Shown here piece by piece: positions 47,178-56,796 of a stretch of DNA of 64,000 nt; position 1 is the first letter of the stretch, and every line of letters starts with the position of its first letter. The stretch comes from Clostridia bacterium (GTDB lineage Bacteria > Bacillota > Clostridia > Oscillospirales > CAG-272): positions 9,659 through 73,658 of the forward strand of contig JAFTXO010000027.1 of the NCBI GenBank assembly GCA_017461765.1. The letters run 5' to 3'. The notes below the pieces were generated by a model. The model worked only from the letters and a program-made list of their open reading frames with translations. It was not told where the DNA came from and did no database searches. Both the position numbers and the translations under genes were made by a program.

Positions 47178-47196
47178 ATATGCGATAGGGGGATAT

Positions 47197-47412
47197 ATGA
47201 GCAAGAATATTAAAAAAAGAGTAACAGATATTACAGGTGTAGAGCTTATGCCTGGGGAGCCTACCGTTTGTCTTGGCAACGGAGAGCAGGGCTTTGAGTG
47301 TTGCTGCGACGAGTGCGACTACTATTTGCTTTGTTTTCCCGAATTTGCTCCAAAAAGCGAAGAAGAAAATATTGCTATAAACAATAAGACGGACTCTAAA
47401 GGACTGCTTTGA
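47197..47412 (+). CDS. Small Cys-rich protein (6 Cys in 71 aa), unknown function
   Basis: MSKNIKKRVTDITGVELMPGEPTVCLGNGEQGFECCCDECDYYLLCFPEF... RBS AGGGGGA lies 4-5 nt upstream. The track ORF's upstream extension overlaps the leader and was discarded. Confidence 0.6.
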   Translation: MSKNIKKRVTDITGVELMPGEPTVCLGNGEQGFECCCDECDYYLLCFPEFAPKSEEENIAINNKTDSKGLL

Positions 47413-47440
47413 AATTTAATAAAAAAAGATGCTTATCGAT

Positions 47441-47480
47441 AAAAAAGAGGGCAGAGAATGTAATCATTCTCTGCCCTCTT
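47441..47480 (-). terminator. Terminator (T-run on the minus strand, serves the GH95-like gene; the hairpin also closes the small + gene)
   Basis: A 15-bp stem, AGAGGGCAGAGAATG-TAAT-CATTCTCTGCCCTCT, with an A6 run on the + side. Confidence 0.8.
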
Positions 47481-47586
47481 GTGCTGATTTGATCAAAGAC
47501 AGCCTTTGGTTAAGCCGTTCGTTCATTTGTTAAGTCGGTTAAAAAAGTCCTTAAGAAGCCGCGACATTAGAAACAGTATGGTTGTC

Positions 47587-49977
47587 TTAACAGTTAGAAG
47601 TATATTTTAATTTTACGCTTTCGCCCTTTTTAAGAGTGATAAGAGAGAAGCTTTCTCCGTATACGCTTTTTTCGGTGGGAACAGAGGACGAGACAAGAGA
47701 GTAATTTTTGTTCGTTCCTATGTTTATGCTTCCGCCGTTTTTAGAGGTAACGGTAGCGCAAAAGCTTTCGTTTTCCCAATTGATAGACACCTCATATCCA
47801 CCTCTTGCGCAGATATTTTCGATCTTGCCCTTCTTGAATTGCTCAGACAAAGCGGGCAGGAGCTTTATTTTGTCATTGTCGGAATAGATGAGCATTTCGT
47901 AAATTGCCGCAGTAAAGCCGAGATTTGCGTCTATTTGGAACGGAGCGTGACCTGCATGAGTGAACTTTAGCGTAACGCCCATGTTGCGCCAATCATTGTG
48001 ATATGTAAAGAAGTTCGGGCCTGTGCAGAACCTTAAAAGAAGCTCAAGACATTCCTTCGATCTTTGAGCGTCATTAAGTCTTGCGTAGATGTTTGCCATA
48101 TGCGAAAGGCTCCAGCCCGTCTGATCCTTAAGACCTATGCAAAGTCGCTTCTCAACAGCAGTCTTGCAAGCATCAAATAGCTTTTTGTTGTTTTCCTCGT
48201 TTATCTCAAACCCGGGGAATAGCGGATAAATATGTGAAAGATGTCTGTGATAATAGTTATCCTTGAAATCCTCGTGAAGCCATTCCTTGATAGCTCCGTC
48301 CTCGTTTATCTCGTATTCGGGAATAGAAGAAAGTATCTTTTCCCAATCCTCGATCTTTTCACCGTCAAGCCCGAATTTTTTCGCAACGGAAAGAACATTT
48401 GTCGTAAGCTCCTTCAAAAGAGCAAAATCCATCGTCGCGTTCATACAAACGCTGATCTGTCCCGCGCCTTCAAAATCGCCCTTCGGATAGTTTTCCGGAG
48501 AGTTTGAGGGATAGAATTTCAATTTTCCGTTTTCATCGTAAACGGTGAAATCCTCGTAAAAGAGCAAAGCCTCCTTCATAAACGGATAAGCGCGCTCAAG
48601 CAAGAATTTCTCATCACGAGTATAAAGATAATAATCGTAATATATAGCGCTTATCCAAGCAGAGCTTCCTGTCCAGTATAAAACGTGTGGCTGAAGATTT
48701 TCCTTTTTACCGTTTGAGTTATCCATAAACAAGGGCAAGAGTAATCCGCGGCAGCCAAAAAGATTTGCGGCGTTTCGTCTGTAATCGTCCTTGAATTTAT
48801 CGTAAAGATTAAAAAGAGGCAACACCGTGTCGCTTAAATTGCCCATATAAGCCTGCCAATACGCCATTTGAATGTTTTCATTATTGAAAAAGGTGCAAGC
48901 CCAGGCAGGAGAATAATCTCCGTTCCAAAGTCCTTGCAGATTTGCGGGAAATTCACATCCGTAGGATGATGAAATAAGCAGATATCTTCCGTAGTCCGCC
49001 ATCTTTTCAAAAAGACGTGTATCTACATTTCCCGAATAGCTGCTTAAAAGAAGCTCCTCGTTTGATTTGTTTTCTTCGTTTTCGCAAAGAGTTAGCCTTG
49101 TTCTGTTAAATACGTTCTTGAAAATTTCAGTATGATTTTTATAAAGCTTATCATATGTAAGAGTGCATTTATCGACACTCTCGCGCATTTTTTCAAAGGG
49201 AAGCGCTTTTTCGGCAACATCAAGAATAAATGTGACCGCAGTAGCCCCCGAAACCTTAACACAGTTGCCAAGCGTGGCATCTCCGACCATACCGGGTCTT
49301 TTTGCTCTTCCGCGCTCTATTGCGGAAATATCGCCGTCAGTGCTAAGGATTTTGATAATACCCGAATAATCAAGATCTCCGAAGGTCTTCATTTCCGAAT
49401 ATACGTATCTGTCCTTTGAAAACGACGAGAATGTGTCGTAGCATTCAGGATCGGGAAAATCGACCATGTCGTGTTTTTCAAGAGCGATCTGTACGGTAAA
49501 AGGAGCATCCTTTTTAATATTCATTACAAAATATCCGTCACTTTGAGATACAAATGATGTACGGACGAAAGATCCGCTCTCATCCTTATACGATACGGTG
49601 CAAGTTCCGTTTTCCATGTCGATGACTCTTTGGTAGTCTTTCATAGCTCCGTTAGTTTCAAAGAGTATATGTATATCAAATGCGGGAAAAAACTTTCCCT
49701 TGTGAGAGCGAAATCCCGTTTCCTTTATAAGAGACGGATAAAGATCGTTTGCTTCCTTGTATTTCTTTTGATCCATAAGAGAACGAAGCTCACCAAGCGA
49801 GCCCGAGACATCGGGAAGCTCAAAATTCACCGTGTAATTATATAAAGCCTCGTGATTTATAAGAATTCTTTCGTCATATACGCAACCGTAAACGCAACCG
49901 CCAAGACGTCCGTTTCCTATCGGGCTTGCGTCCATCCAGCGTGTTGCGGGATACAGATTTATTATCTTCTTTTCCAT
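47587..49977 (-). CDS. Glycoside hydrolase family 95-like protein (alpha-L-fucosidase type)
   Basis: 796 aa. N-terminal ...ATRWMDASPIGNGRLGGCVYG...ERILINHEALY is typical of the GH95 N-terminal domain. No signal peptide. Confidence 0.75.
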   Translation of the reverse strand: MEKKIINLYPATRWMDASPIGNGRLGGCVYGCVYDERILINHEALYNYTVNFELPDVSGSLGELRSLMDQKKYKEANDLYPSLIKETGFRSHKGKFFPAFDIHILFETNGAMKDYQRVIDMENGTCTVSYKDESGSFVRTSFVSQSDGYFVMNIKKDAPFTVQIALEKHDMVDFPDPECYDTFSSFSKDRYVYSEMKTFGDLDYSGIIKILSTDGDISAIERGRAKRPGMVGDATLGNCVKVSGATAVTFILDVAEKALPFEKMRESVDKCTLTYDKLYKNHTEIFKNVFNRTRLTLCENEENKSNEELLLSSYSGNVDTRLFEKMADYGRYLLISSSYGCEFPANLQGLWNGDYSPAWACTFFNNENIQMAYWQAYMGNLSDTVLPLFNLYDKFKDDYRRNAANLFGCRGLLLPLFMDNSNGKKENLQPHVLYWTGSSAWISAIYYDYYLYTRDEKFLLERAYPFMKEALLFYEDFTVYDENGKLKFYPSNSPENYPKGDFEGAGQISVCMNATMDFALLKELTTNVLSVAKKFGLDGEKIEDWEKILSSIPEYEINEDGAIKEWLHEDFKDNYYHRHLSHIYPLFPGFEINEENNKKLFDACKTAVEKRLCIGLKDQTGWSLSHMANIYARLNDAQRSKECLELLLRFCTGPNFFTYHNDWRNMGVTLKFTHAGHAPFQIDANLGFTAAIYEMLIYSDNDKIKLLPALSEQFKKGKIENICARGGYEVSINWENESFCATVTSKNGGSINIGTNKNYSLVSSSVPTEKSVYGESFSLITLKKGESVKLKYTSNC

Positions 49978-50208
49978 TTTTGTCTCCTTATAAAAATCTA
50001 TTTATTTCATTGTATCATAATAAATCATAGTTTTGTTATAAAACATAAAAAATTCTGACAAAAAATCGCCTTCGAAATTATTTATAAAAACATTATTTAA
50101 ATATCCGAAAAAATATTGATTTTTTTCGTTATTTATTTTAAAATATATTTATAAGGAGTGCGCCTCGTTTTCAGCGATACGCATTTTTGTTTACAAAAGG
50201 GAGGTTTT

Positions 50209-50613
50209 ATGAAGGTAATTATTTGCATAGACGACGATTGCGGAATGCTTTTCAATAAAAGAAGGCAAAGCCGTGATTCAAAGCTTATTGAGGATATAAA
50301 TGCTCTTACAGATAAGCTATATATAACATCATTTTCCGAAAAGCTTTTTAAGGATGCCAAGTACAGCGTTACTGTAAACGACAGTATGCTTGATATAGCC
50401 GGAAAAGATGATTTTTGCTTTGTTGAGGACAGAGATATATCACCATACGAAAATAAAATAGATAAAATAATAATTTATAAGTGGAACAGACGCTATCCAT
50501 CCGATTTTAAATTCACATTCGATCTTAAAAGAGCGGGCTTTTCGCTTGCCTCAGCTTATGAATTTGAGGGTACGTCACATGAGAAAATAACAAGGGAGGT
50601 CTTTGAAAAATGA
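50209..50613 (+). CDS. Small DHFR-fold-like protein (RibD C-terminal superfamily-like), function unknown
   Basis: 134 aa, starting at MKVIICIDDDCGMLF after GGGAGG. The C-terminal pattern KIIIYKWNRRYPSDFKF resembles the DHFR beta-strand/GD-x-FP region but is divergent. Confidence 0.5.
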   Translation: MKVIICIDDDCGMLFNKRRQSRDSKLIEDINALTDKLYITSFSEKLFKDAKYSVTVNDSMLDIAGKDDFCFVEDRDISPYENKIDKIIIYKWNRRYPSDFKFTFDLKRAGFSLASAYEFEGTSHEKITREVFEK

Positions 50614-51542
50614 AAAAAATTTTGGCTTTAATAGCTCTTTTACTAACTCTTTGTATGTCCTTTATCGGTTGCGATTTTCTTGCACCGACAGAAGAAAGCA
50701 GCGAGGAATCAAGCTCAGTAATAAATGCAACACTTGAAAATATCCCCGAATATTCGGGCAATATATATGTAACAATAAATGATAATCAGCCATCGTTCGA
50801 GGCTGACGAGATAACGACCGAGGCGTATGAATTTTACAGTCCGCTCGATAAGCTCGGCAGATGCGGCTATGCTGAGGCGTGCCTTGGTACAGAGCTTATG
50901 CCAACAGAGGACAGAGAAAGCATAAGTCATGTATATCCGACAGGCTGGGTACAGGCAAAATATACAGGCTACGTTGACGGCGGATATCTTTATAACCGTT
51001 GCCACCTTATAGGATTTCAGCTTGCAGGAGAAAACGATAACGAATTAAATCTCATAACAGGAACAAAAAGCTTGAATAATGACGGAATGCTTCCTTTTGA
51101 AAATATGGTTGCCGACTATATAAAGGAAACTAAAAACCACGTTATGTACAGAGTAACTCCCGTTTTTGAGGGCGATAACCTTCTTGCAAGCGGAGTATTG
51201 GTTGAGGCTTATTCCGTAGAGGACGAGGGAGACGGCATTTGCTTTAATATATATGTTTATAACGCTCAAAGCGGAATAACGATAGATTATAAAACAGGCA
51301 AAAGCTATTTAAGCGGCGAAGCTCCCGAGGAAACAACAACTGAGGAGACGACAACGGTTGAAAGCTCGGTTGACGCAAATGAAATACAAAAATATGTTCT
51401 TAATACAAACACAAAGAAATTCCATAAGGAAAGCTGCTCGTCCGCTACCGACATGAAGGAAGAAAACCGTTCCGATTACGAGGGAACGAGAGAAGCGCTT
51501 ATAGAGCAAGGCTATACGCCGTGCGGACAGTGTAAGCCGTAA
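50610..51542 (+). CDS. Secreted DNA/RNA non-specific endonuclease lipoprotein (EndA/DNA-entry nuclease type) with C-terminal Cys-rich tail
   Basis: Lipobox SFIGC. The catalytic region is YNRCHLIGFQLAGENDNELNLITGT. An ETTTEETTT linker is followed by the C-terminal segment KFHKESCSS...PCGQCKP. Confidence 0.8.
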   Translation: MKKILALIALLLTLCMSFIGCDFLAPTEESSEESSSVINATLENIPEYSGNIYVTINDNQPSFEADEITTEAYEFYSPLDKLGRCGYAEACLGTELMPTEDRESISHVYPTGWVQAKYTGYVDGGYLYNRCHLIGFQLAGENDNELNLITGTKSLNNDGMLPFENMVADYIKETKNHVMYRVTPVFEGDNLLASGVLVEAYSVEDEGDGICFNIYVYNAQSGITIDYKTGKSYLSGEAPEETTTEETTTVESSVDANEIQKYVLNTNTKKFHKESCSSATDMKEENRSDYEGTREALIEQGYTPCGQCKP

Positions 51543-51551
51543 GGAGAAAAA

Positions 51552-53033
51552 ATGAAGAAACGATTTACAGTGATCCTTTTGGCATTGATGATGCTATTTT
51601 CATCCTGCAACACCGAAAATTCGGGTGGGAGTGTGGATAGTTCATCGGATGCCGTATCCTATGAGGATACCGCCACCGAAAACGAAACGACCACAGTAGA
51701 CGCTACAACCACAGAAACAACAAATACCGAAACTACAGACACATCTGCCAATGAAACGACGAGCGAGGAAACAAGCACAGAGATAGAAAAGCCGAGTGAG
51801 CTTAATTTAATATATACATCCTTGTCAAAGGGTAAATTAAACGCCACAGTAATCCTCGATTGCGAGGATGGAGTGTACGAGCTTTTCTATGCCGATATAA
51901 CAGGTGCAAAGCTTGAAAAATATACAAGGTTTGATGAAATAACGGTTGAAAACGGCGCGGGAAGTGTCGATATAAGCGATCTTGTTATTCCGCCAAACGC
52001 AGTAAAGATAGTAGCGGTAAATAAAGAAAACGCGACACAGTACTCCGCGAAAATATCCTCGGATGTGTTGATAAACGAGGAGCAGGCGTACATTTTCGGA
52101 GTTTTATCCGATGTTCATTTCGGAAGATATAACATCTCAGGCACAGGCGATGATGCTATCGGAGCTTTTGATAACGCACTTGATCATTTTGACGGGCTGG
52201 GTGTCGATTTTGTAGCTATCGCAGGTGATATAACATCTGAGGGCGAGGAAGAAAGCTTTGTAAAATATAACGAAGCTATAAGTACAAGAGATTATGAGAT
52301 CTTTTCCTGTACCGGAAATCACGATGTTACGGCAATCGATAACGGTCTTTGGCAGCAATATATGAATAAGGACGCCTTTGACGGGACAAACGCTCAGATC
52401 ATCGACGTAGCATCAAACGGTCTTGACTTTGTTTTTGCACCCGATGAAGCAAATGAAACGGGGGATGTGTTTATCTTTCTTTCTCAGATAAGATGGTCAT
52501 ATAACTCTCCTACAAGCACGCTTCTTAGCTTTTCTCAAATAAATTGGCTAAAAAGCATGGCTGAAAAATATAAGGATAAAACTGTATATCTTTTCTTCCA
52601 CACCTTCCTTTGCGGTCCTGACGGCGAGGGACATACGGGTGTCGGCAATATAATGAACCCCGCAGGCTACGAATACGATCTTCCGTACACAAGCGGTTGC
52701 GGAGATGAAAAGCTTTTCAGATCCATTCTTAAGGATTATAAAAACATAATCTTCTTCAGCGGTCATTCTCACTGGATGTTCGAGATGGAGAAATATAACG
52801 AGAACACGAACTTCTCAAACTTTGATGGCGAATATGGATATATGGTTCATGTGCCAAGTGTCACCGAACCCCGATATATAGGAGACGAGGACACCTACCG
52901 TATAAGCAAAAATACGGAAAACTCGCAGGGCTGGATCATATATGCATACGACGAATATACGCTTTTAGTTCCCGTTGATTTTGTTACGGAAACCTACTAC
53001 ACCGAATATATGGAAATAATATATACTGAATAA
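51552..53033 (+). CDS. Metallophosphoesterase (calcineurin-like) lipoprotein
   Basis: Lipobox FSSC followed by a Thr/Glu-rich linker. MPE motifs are LSDVHFG, AGDITSEG, TGNHD and GHSHW. Confidence 0.8.
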   Translation: MKKRFTVILLALMMLFSSCNTENSGGSVDSSSDAVSYEDTATENETTTVDATTTETTNTETTDTSANETTSEETSTEIEKPSELNLIYTSLSKGKLNATVILDCEDGVYELFYADITGAKLEKYTRFDEITVENGAGSVDISDLVIPPNAVKIVAVNKENATQYSAKISSDVLINEEQAYIFGVLSDVHFGRYNISGTGDDAIGAFDNALDHFDGLGVDFVAIAGDITSEGEEESFVKYNEAISTRDYEIFSCTGNHDVTAIDNGLWQQYMNKDAFDGTNAQIIDVASNGLDFVFAPDEANETGDVFIFLSQIRWSYNSPTSTLLSFSQINWLKSMAEKYKDKTVYLFFHTFLCGPDGEGHTGVGNIMNPAGYEYDLPYTSGCGDEKLFRSILKDYKNIIFFSGHSHWMFEMEKYNENTNFSNFDGEYGYMVHVPSVTEPRYIGDEDTYRISKNTENSQGWIIYAYDEYTLLVPVDFVTETYYTEYMEIIYTE

Positions 53034-53042
53034 GGAGCATAT

Positions 53043-54416
53043 ATGAAAAACAGCATGAAGATAATCACAACATCGGTAAAGGATAATAAATTCTTTGAAA
53101 AAACCGAGATCAAAACGGGCAATCTGCCTCAAAATCACGAAAACTCGATAATAAATATTTTTGACGAGGTAAAATATCAAAGTGTAATCGGCTTTGGCGG
53201 AGCGTTCACCGACTCTGCGGCATATAATTATTCTCTTATGAGTGATAAAAATAAGGAGCTTGTTATAAAAGCTTACTTTGATAAGAAGGACGGTATCGCT
53301 TACAATTTCGGAAGAACGCATATAAATGCCTGTGACTTCGCAATCGAGCCATATACGTATGTTAAGGATGGCGATAAAACTCTTGAAAGCTTTGATATCG
53401 CATACGATAAAAAGCATATAATCCCATTTTTGAAGGATGCTCTTAAATGCGCTGACGGAGAGATAATGCTCTTTGCTTCACCGTGGTCTCCACCTGCTTA
53501 TATGAAGGATAATAAAAGCGTTTTTAAGGGCGGGAAATTGCTCGATGAGTATAAGGAAGCATGGGCACATTACTACGCAAAGTATATAAAGGCTATGAAG
53601 AGCGAGGGTATTTGTATATCCGCTGTTTCAATTCAAAATGAGCCCTTGGCAATTCAAAGCTGGGAAAGCTGTCAGTATACACCCGAGGAAGAAGCGGAAT
53701 TCGCGGAAAAATACTTAATTCCCGCACTTGATAGCGAGGGGCTTTCCGACATCAAAATAATAATTTGGGATCATAATAAGGAAAGAGTTTACGACAGAGC
53801 AAAGAAGATATTAAGATCTCCCACTCTTAACGAGCGTGTTTGGGGCGTAGGCCATCACTGGTATTCCGGAGATCATTTTGACGGCGTAAGACTCGTTTAT
53901 GAGGTGCTTGGCAAAGAAGCTCTTTGCACGGAATTTTGCTCGGGAATTTACGACGATCCGCTCTTTATCGCTGAAAGATATGCAAGAGAGATCTGCGAAA
54001 ACCTTAATAATCACATGAGCGCATCTTGCGATTGGAACTTGATCCTTGATACAAACGGCGGCCCGTTCCATAACAGGACGAGCGGTAAAAAGCCCACAGA
54101 TCCCGAATTCGATCCCAAGGACGGTGGTTGTGCCGCACCTATACTGTACGATGTGGAAAACGATAAGGTGATTTTGACTCCTTCCTACTATTACATAGGT
54201 CACTTCTCAAAATATATACAGCGCGGTGCTAAGAGGATAGCAACGACGAAATACACTGACGAGCTTAATGTTTGTGCATTTGAAAATCCTAACGGTGAAA
54301 AGATCGTTATCATTCTTAATCCTACCGATAAAAAGCGCGAGGCGGTTATTCGTCATAACGATGTATGTACACGCTTTGAAGCTGATGCTCATACGATATC
54401 AACAGTAATATTTTAA
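53043..54416 (+). CDS. Glycoside hydrolase family 30-like protein (glucosylceramidase type)
   Basis: 457 aa. IGFGGAFTDSAAYNY, SPWSPPAYMK and the ISAVSIQNEP catalytic-acid region are present. Confidence 0.8.
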   Translation: MKNSMKIITTSVKDNKFFEKTEIKTGNLPQNHENSIINIFDEVKYQSVIGFGGAFTDSAAYNYSLMSDKNKELVIKAYFDKKDGIAYNFGRTHINACDFAIEPYTYVKDGDKTLESFDIAYDKKHIIPFLKDALKCADGEIMLFASPWSPPAYMKDNKSVFKGGKLLDEYKEAWAHYYAKYIKAMKSEGICISAVSIQNEPLAIQSWESCQYTPEEEAEFAEKYLIPALDSEGLSDIKIIIWDHNKERVYDRAKKILRSPTLNERVWGVGHHWYSGDHFDGVRLVYEVLGKEALCTEFCSGIYDDPLFIAERYAREICENLNNHMSASCDWNLILDTNGGPFHNRTSGKKPTDPEFDPKDGGCAAPILYDVENDKVILTPSYYYIGHFSKYIQRGAKRIATTKYTDELNVCAFENPNGEKIVIILNPTDKKREAVIRHNDVCTRFEADAHTISTVIF

Positions 54417-54464
54417 TTAAACAAAAATGGCAGAGCGTTTTTTCACTGTGCCATGGAGACTTTT

Positions 54465-55103
54465 ATGATAGAACAATTATGGATGCTTTTCGATATCGCG
54501 GTCGCGGCTGTGCTTGGATTTGCGATAGGAATGGAAAGAAAACTGAGAATGAAGGAAGCGGGCATAAGAACGCATACTGTCGTTTGCGTTGGCTCTGCAC
54601 TTATGATGATAATAAGTATGCACGCCTTCGGACCTGATAGCGATACTGCAAGGGTTGCCGCTCAGATAGTTACCGGCATCGGCTTTCTTGGCGCGGGTAT
54701 CATAGTTTACAAAAAGCACGAGGTAAAAGGACTTACCACTGCCGCAGGTATATGGGCAACATCCGGTGTCGGAATGGCGGCAGGAGCATCAATGTATCTT
54801 CTCGCGATCGGCACAACACTGATACTGATCCTTTCTCAATGCTTCCTCAGACTTAAAATATTCAAGTCTAAAAAGACCTTTTCTGTAAATATTCGCTTTA
54901 TCCAGAACGACGGAGCAAATATGAAGATAAAAAGGATCTTTGGCGTTGATAGGTTCAATCACCTGATCATCGAGAGAAAAGGCGATTCGATCATTTATAG
55001 CGCTACCTTGAACACAGAAAAGGAGCTTTCTTCAAATGAATTAAACGAAATTATATATGAACATAGTTTCATATATTCAATAGAACGATGCGATAATGAT
55101 TGA
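54465..55103 (+). CDS. MgtC/SapB family membrane protein
   Basis: AVLGFAIGMERKLRMKEAGIRTHTVV is typical of MgtC. Start at M5 of the track ORF, after GGAGA. Confidence 0.85.
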   Translation: MIEQLWMLFDIAVAAVLGFAIGMERKLRMKEAGIRTHTVVCVGSALMMIISMHAFGPDSDTARVAAQIVTGIGFLGAGIIVYKKHEVKGLTTAAGIWATSGVGMAAGASMYLLAIGTTLILILSQCFLRLKIFKSKKTFSVNIRFIQNDGANMKIKRIFGVDRFNHLIIERKGDSIIYSATLNTEKELSSNELNEIIYEHSFIYSIERCDND

Positions 55104-55136
55104 TAAAAGAAAAAACCACGATTTCGTGGTTTTTCT

Positions 55137-56405
55137 TTATTTTTTTGAAGATATCTTTTGTATTTTAACTAATGAAATGCTTACGTAGATTATTGTAACT
55201 ACTGTTAATAAAAATGCAATTGCTGAGAGTACCTGCTGAGCATAAACGTTCATTCCCAAAAAAGTATTTCCGTTTGATTGAATATACGTAACGAGCGGAC
55301 TTACCGCAAGCGTTGATAAAAATCCGAATATTCCCGCAACCGCCAGCGATACAGCCAAAGCATCAGAGCGTTTTTCCTCTTCAACATAATCGTAGCAAAG
55401 ATTTATAAGCGCACTGTTTATACCGCCCATTGCGATAGCGTAGCAGATGTAATACATAGTGTAAAATACTTTTCCGTTTTCGGGAGCGCAGAAGGTATTG
55501 ATAAGAAATCCCAAAGCCGCAACGGCAAAGCATAGACGGAGCATTTTTGCAAACGATTGCTTGTCTGCGTATTTTCCCCATATCATTGAAAAGAATACGC
55601 GAGCAACGGCGTAAACAACACTGAGCGTTGCAACGAACACCTGAGAAAAACCGAGCTCCTCGATTTGATAAGTTCCGTAATAGGGAGTAGCGCAATATGT
55701 AGCAATATGCCAAAGAACAAAAACCGTCGTTATCTTTAGAATGTTTTTATCTTTGTGTATAGAAAGAATATCAATCTTTTTAGTTTTTACTTTATCCTCG
55801 TTAGGCTTTTGTACTGTAAAGATCATCGTGAGCGTATGAAGTATCATCAGAATAAAAATGACGATACCGCATATTACAAACGCCGTCCTTATGTCACCGA
55901 TAGCCTTGTAATGATCGACAACAGCGCCCATAGCGAAGGAAAATATCATTCCTGCAATCAAGGATACCATTTCCTTTTTAGCAGTGAAAATTCCGCGCTT
56001 TTCATTATCGACAAGTGACATGAACCAATCGATTTTTTTTGGATGAGCAATATTGTAAAAGAAGTAGGCAAGCAATATGATGATAATGAACAAAACAGTT
56101 TTTATATTTTTACTGCCGCCTGTCAGAGGAACGATATAAAGCGTCATAAATAAGAGCTGATTAAGAACACTCAGTATAAGAACTGTTCTTTTAGTATTGC
56201 CCTTTCGAATGAGCATGGCAAAGAGCTGAAATACGCACCCGAGAGATATAAATGAGGAAATAATTCCCGTAAGCGTATCCGATATACCAAGCTCCTTTGT
56301 TACGGTAGCAAGATAAGTACCTGCTACAAGGATGGAAATAAGATATTCCAAGGCAGCCTCAAATATGTACATAAGACGGCTGCGCTTATATAAATTTGTA
56401 TTCAT
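55137..56405 (-). CDS. MFS transporter
   Basis: 422 aa with about 12 TM helices. A promoter (TTGATT, 17-nt spacer, TAAAAT) lies about 40-70 nt upstream on the minus strand. Confidence 0.8.
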   Translation of the reverse strand: MNTNLYKRSRLMYIFEAALEYLISILVAGTYLATVTKELGISDTLTGIISSFISLGCVFQLFAMLIRKGNTKRTVLILSVLNQLLFMTLYIVPLTGGSKNIKTVLFIIIILLAYFFYNIAHPKKIDWFMSLVDNEKRGIFTAKKEMVSLIAGMIFSFAMGAVVDHYKAIGDIRTAFVICGIVIFILMILHTLTMIFTVQKPNEDKVKTKKIDILSIHKDKNILKITTVFVLWHIATYCATPYYGTYQIEELGFSQVFVATLSVVYAVARVFFSMIWGKYADKQSFAKMLRLCFAVAALGFLINTFCAPENGKVFYTMYYICYAIAMGGINSALINLCYDYVEEEKRSDALAVSLAVAGIFGFLSTLAVSPLVTYIQSNGNTFLGMNVYAQQVLSAIAFLLTVVTIIYVSISLVKIQKISSKK

Positions 56406-56501
56406 AGCTTTTTCTTCCGCAAAAAATAGTTTCCTTTATTTTATCACTAAATATAGTATAAATCAAGTGTTATAAAATAAAAACTCTAAAATTCACCAAA
56501 A

Positions 56502-56527
56502 TAAAAATCCCCCCGTATAACGGGGGG
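56502..56527 (-). terminator. Terminator hairpin upstream of the MFS promoter
   Basis: CCCCCCGT-ATA-ACGGGGGG with the minus-strand T-run ATTTTT. Confidence 0.7.
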
Positions 56528-56763
56528 TATTTCAGTTTCGGGCATAGCCCTAATACTACTGGCTGCGCACAAGTGCGCTTTTTATTGGATACCAGCCATG
56601 CAATTATTACTTGCTACCCGTAAACAGGTTTCACCATAAGTCTCCCTTTACACAAGGGAGACTTTCACAAAATACATTCTGCCCTCATTTATTATTTGCT
56701 TTCTGCTCATCGGCAATAGCCTCAGTTGAACCACGCGACTATCGCGTGGTTTTCGTTATACAA

Positions 56764-56796
56764 TAAAAAAGAGACTGTCGCTAATGCGACAGTCTC
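56764..56796 (-). terminator. Terminator of the discoidin-domain protein gene
   Basis: GAGACTGTCGC-TAAT-GCGACAGTCTC with the minus-strand T-run TTTTTT. Confidence 0.85.

Noticed and set aside
47197-47412. The Cys-rich small ORF as a SCIFF/ranthipeptide or other RiPP precursor.
   Set aside because: There is no radical-SAM maturase, protease or exporter gene adjacent. The neighbours are an SGNH esterase gene and a convergent GH95-like gene, and the Cys spacing differs from the SCIFF pattern I recall.
51659-51790. Thr/Glu-rich coding repeats (ETTTVDATTTETTNTETTDTSANETTSEETSTE; also 51320-51365 in the nuclease gene) as possible DNA-level tandem repeats or contingency loci.
   Set aside because: The nucleotide sequence is not a perfect tandem array. 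These look like ordinary low-complexity linkers tethering lipoproteins away from the membrane.
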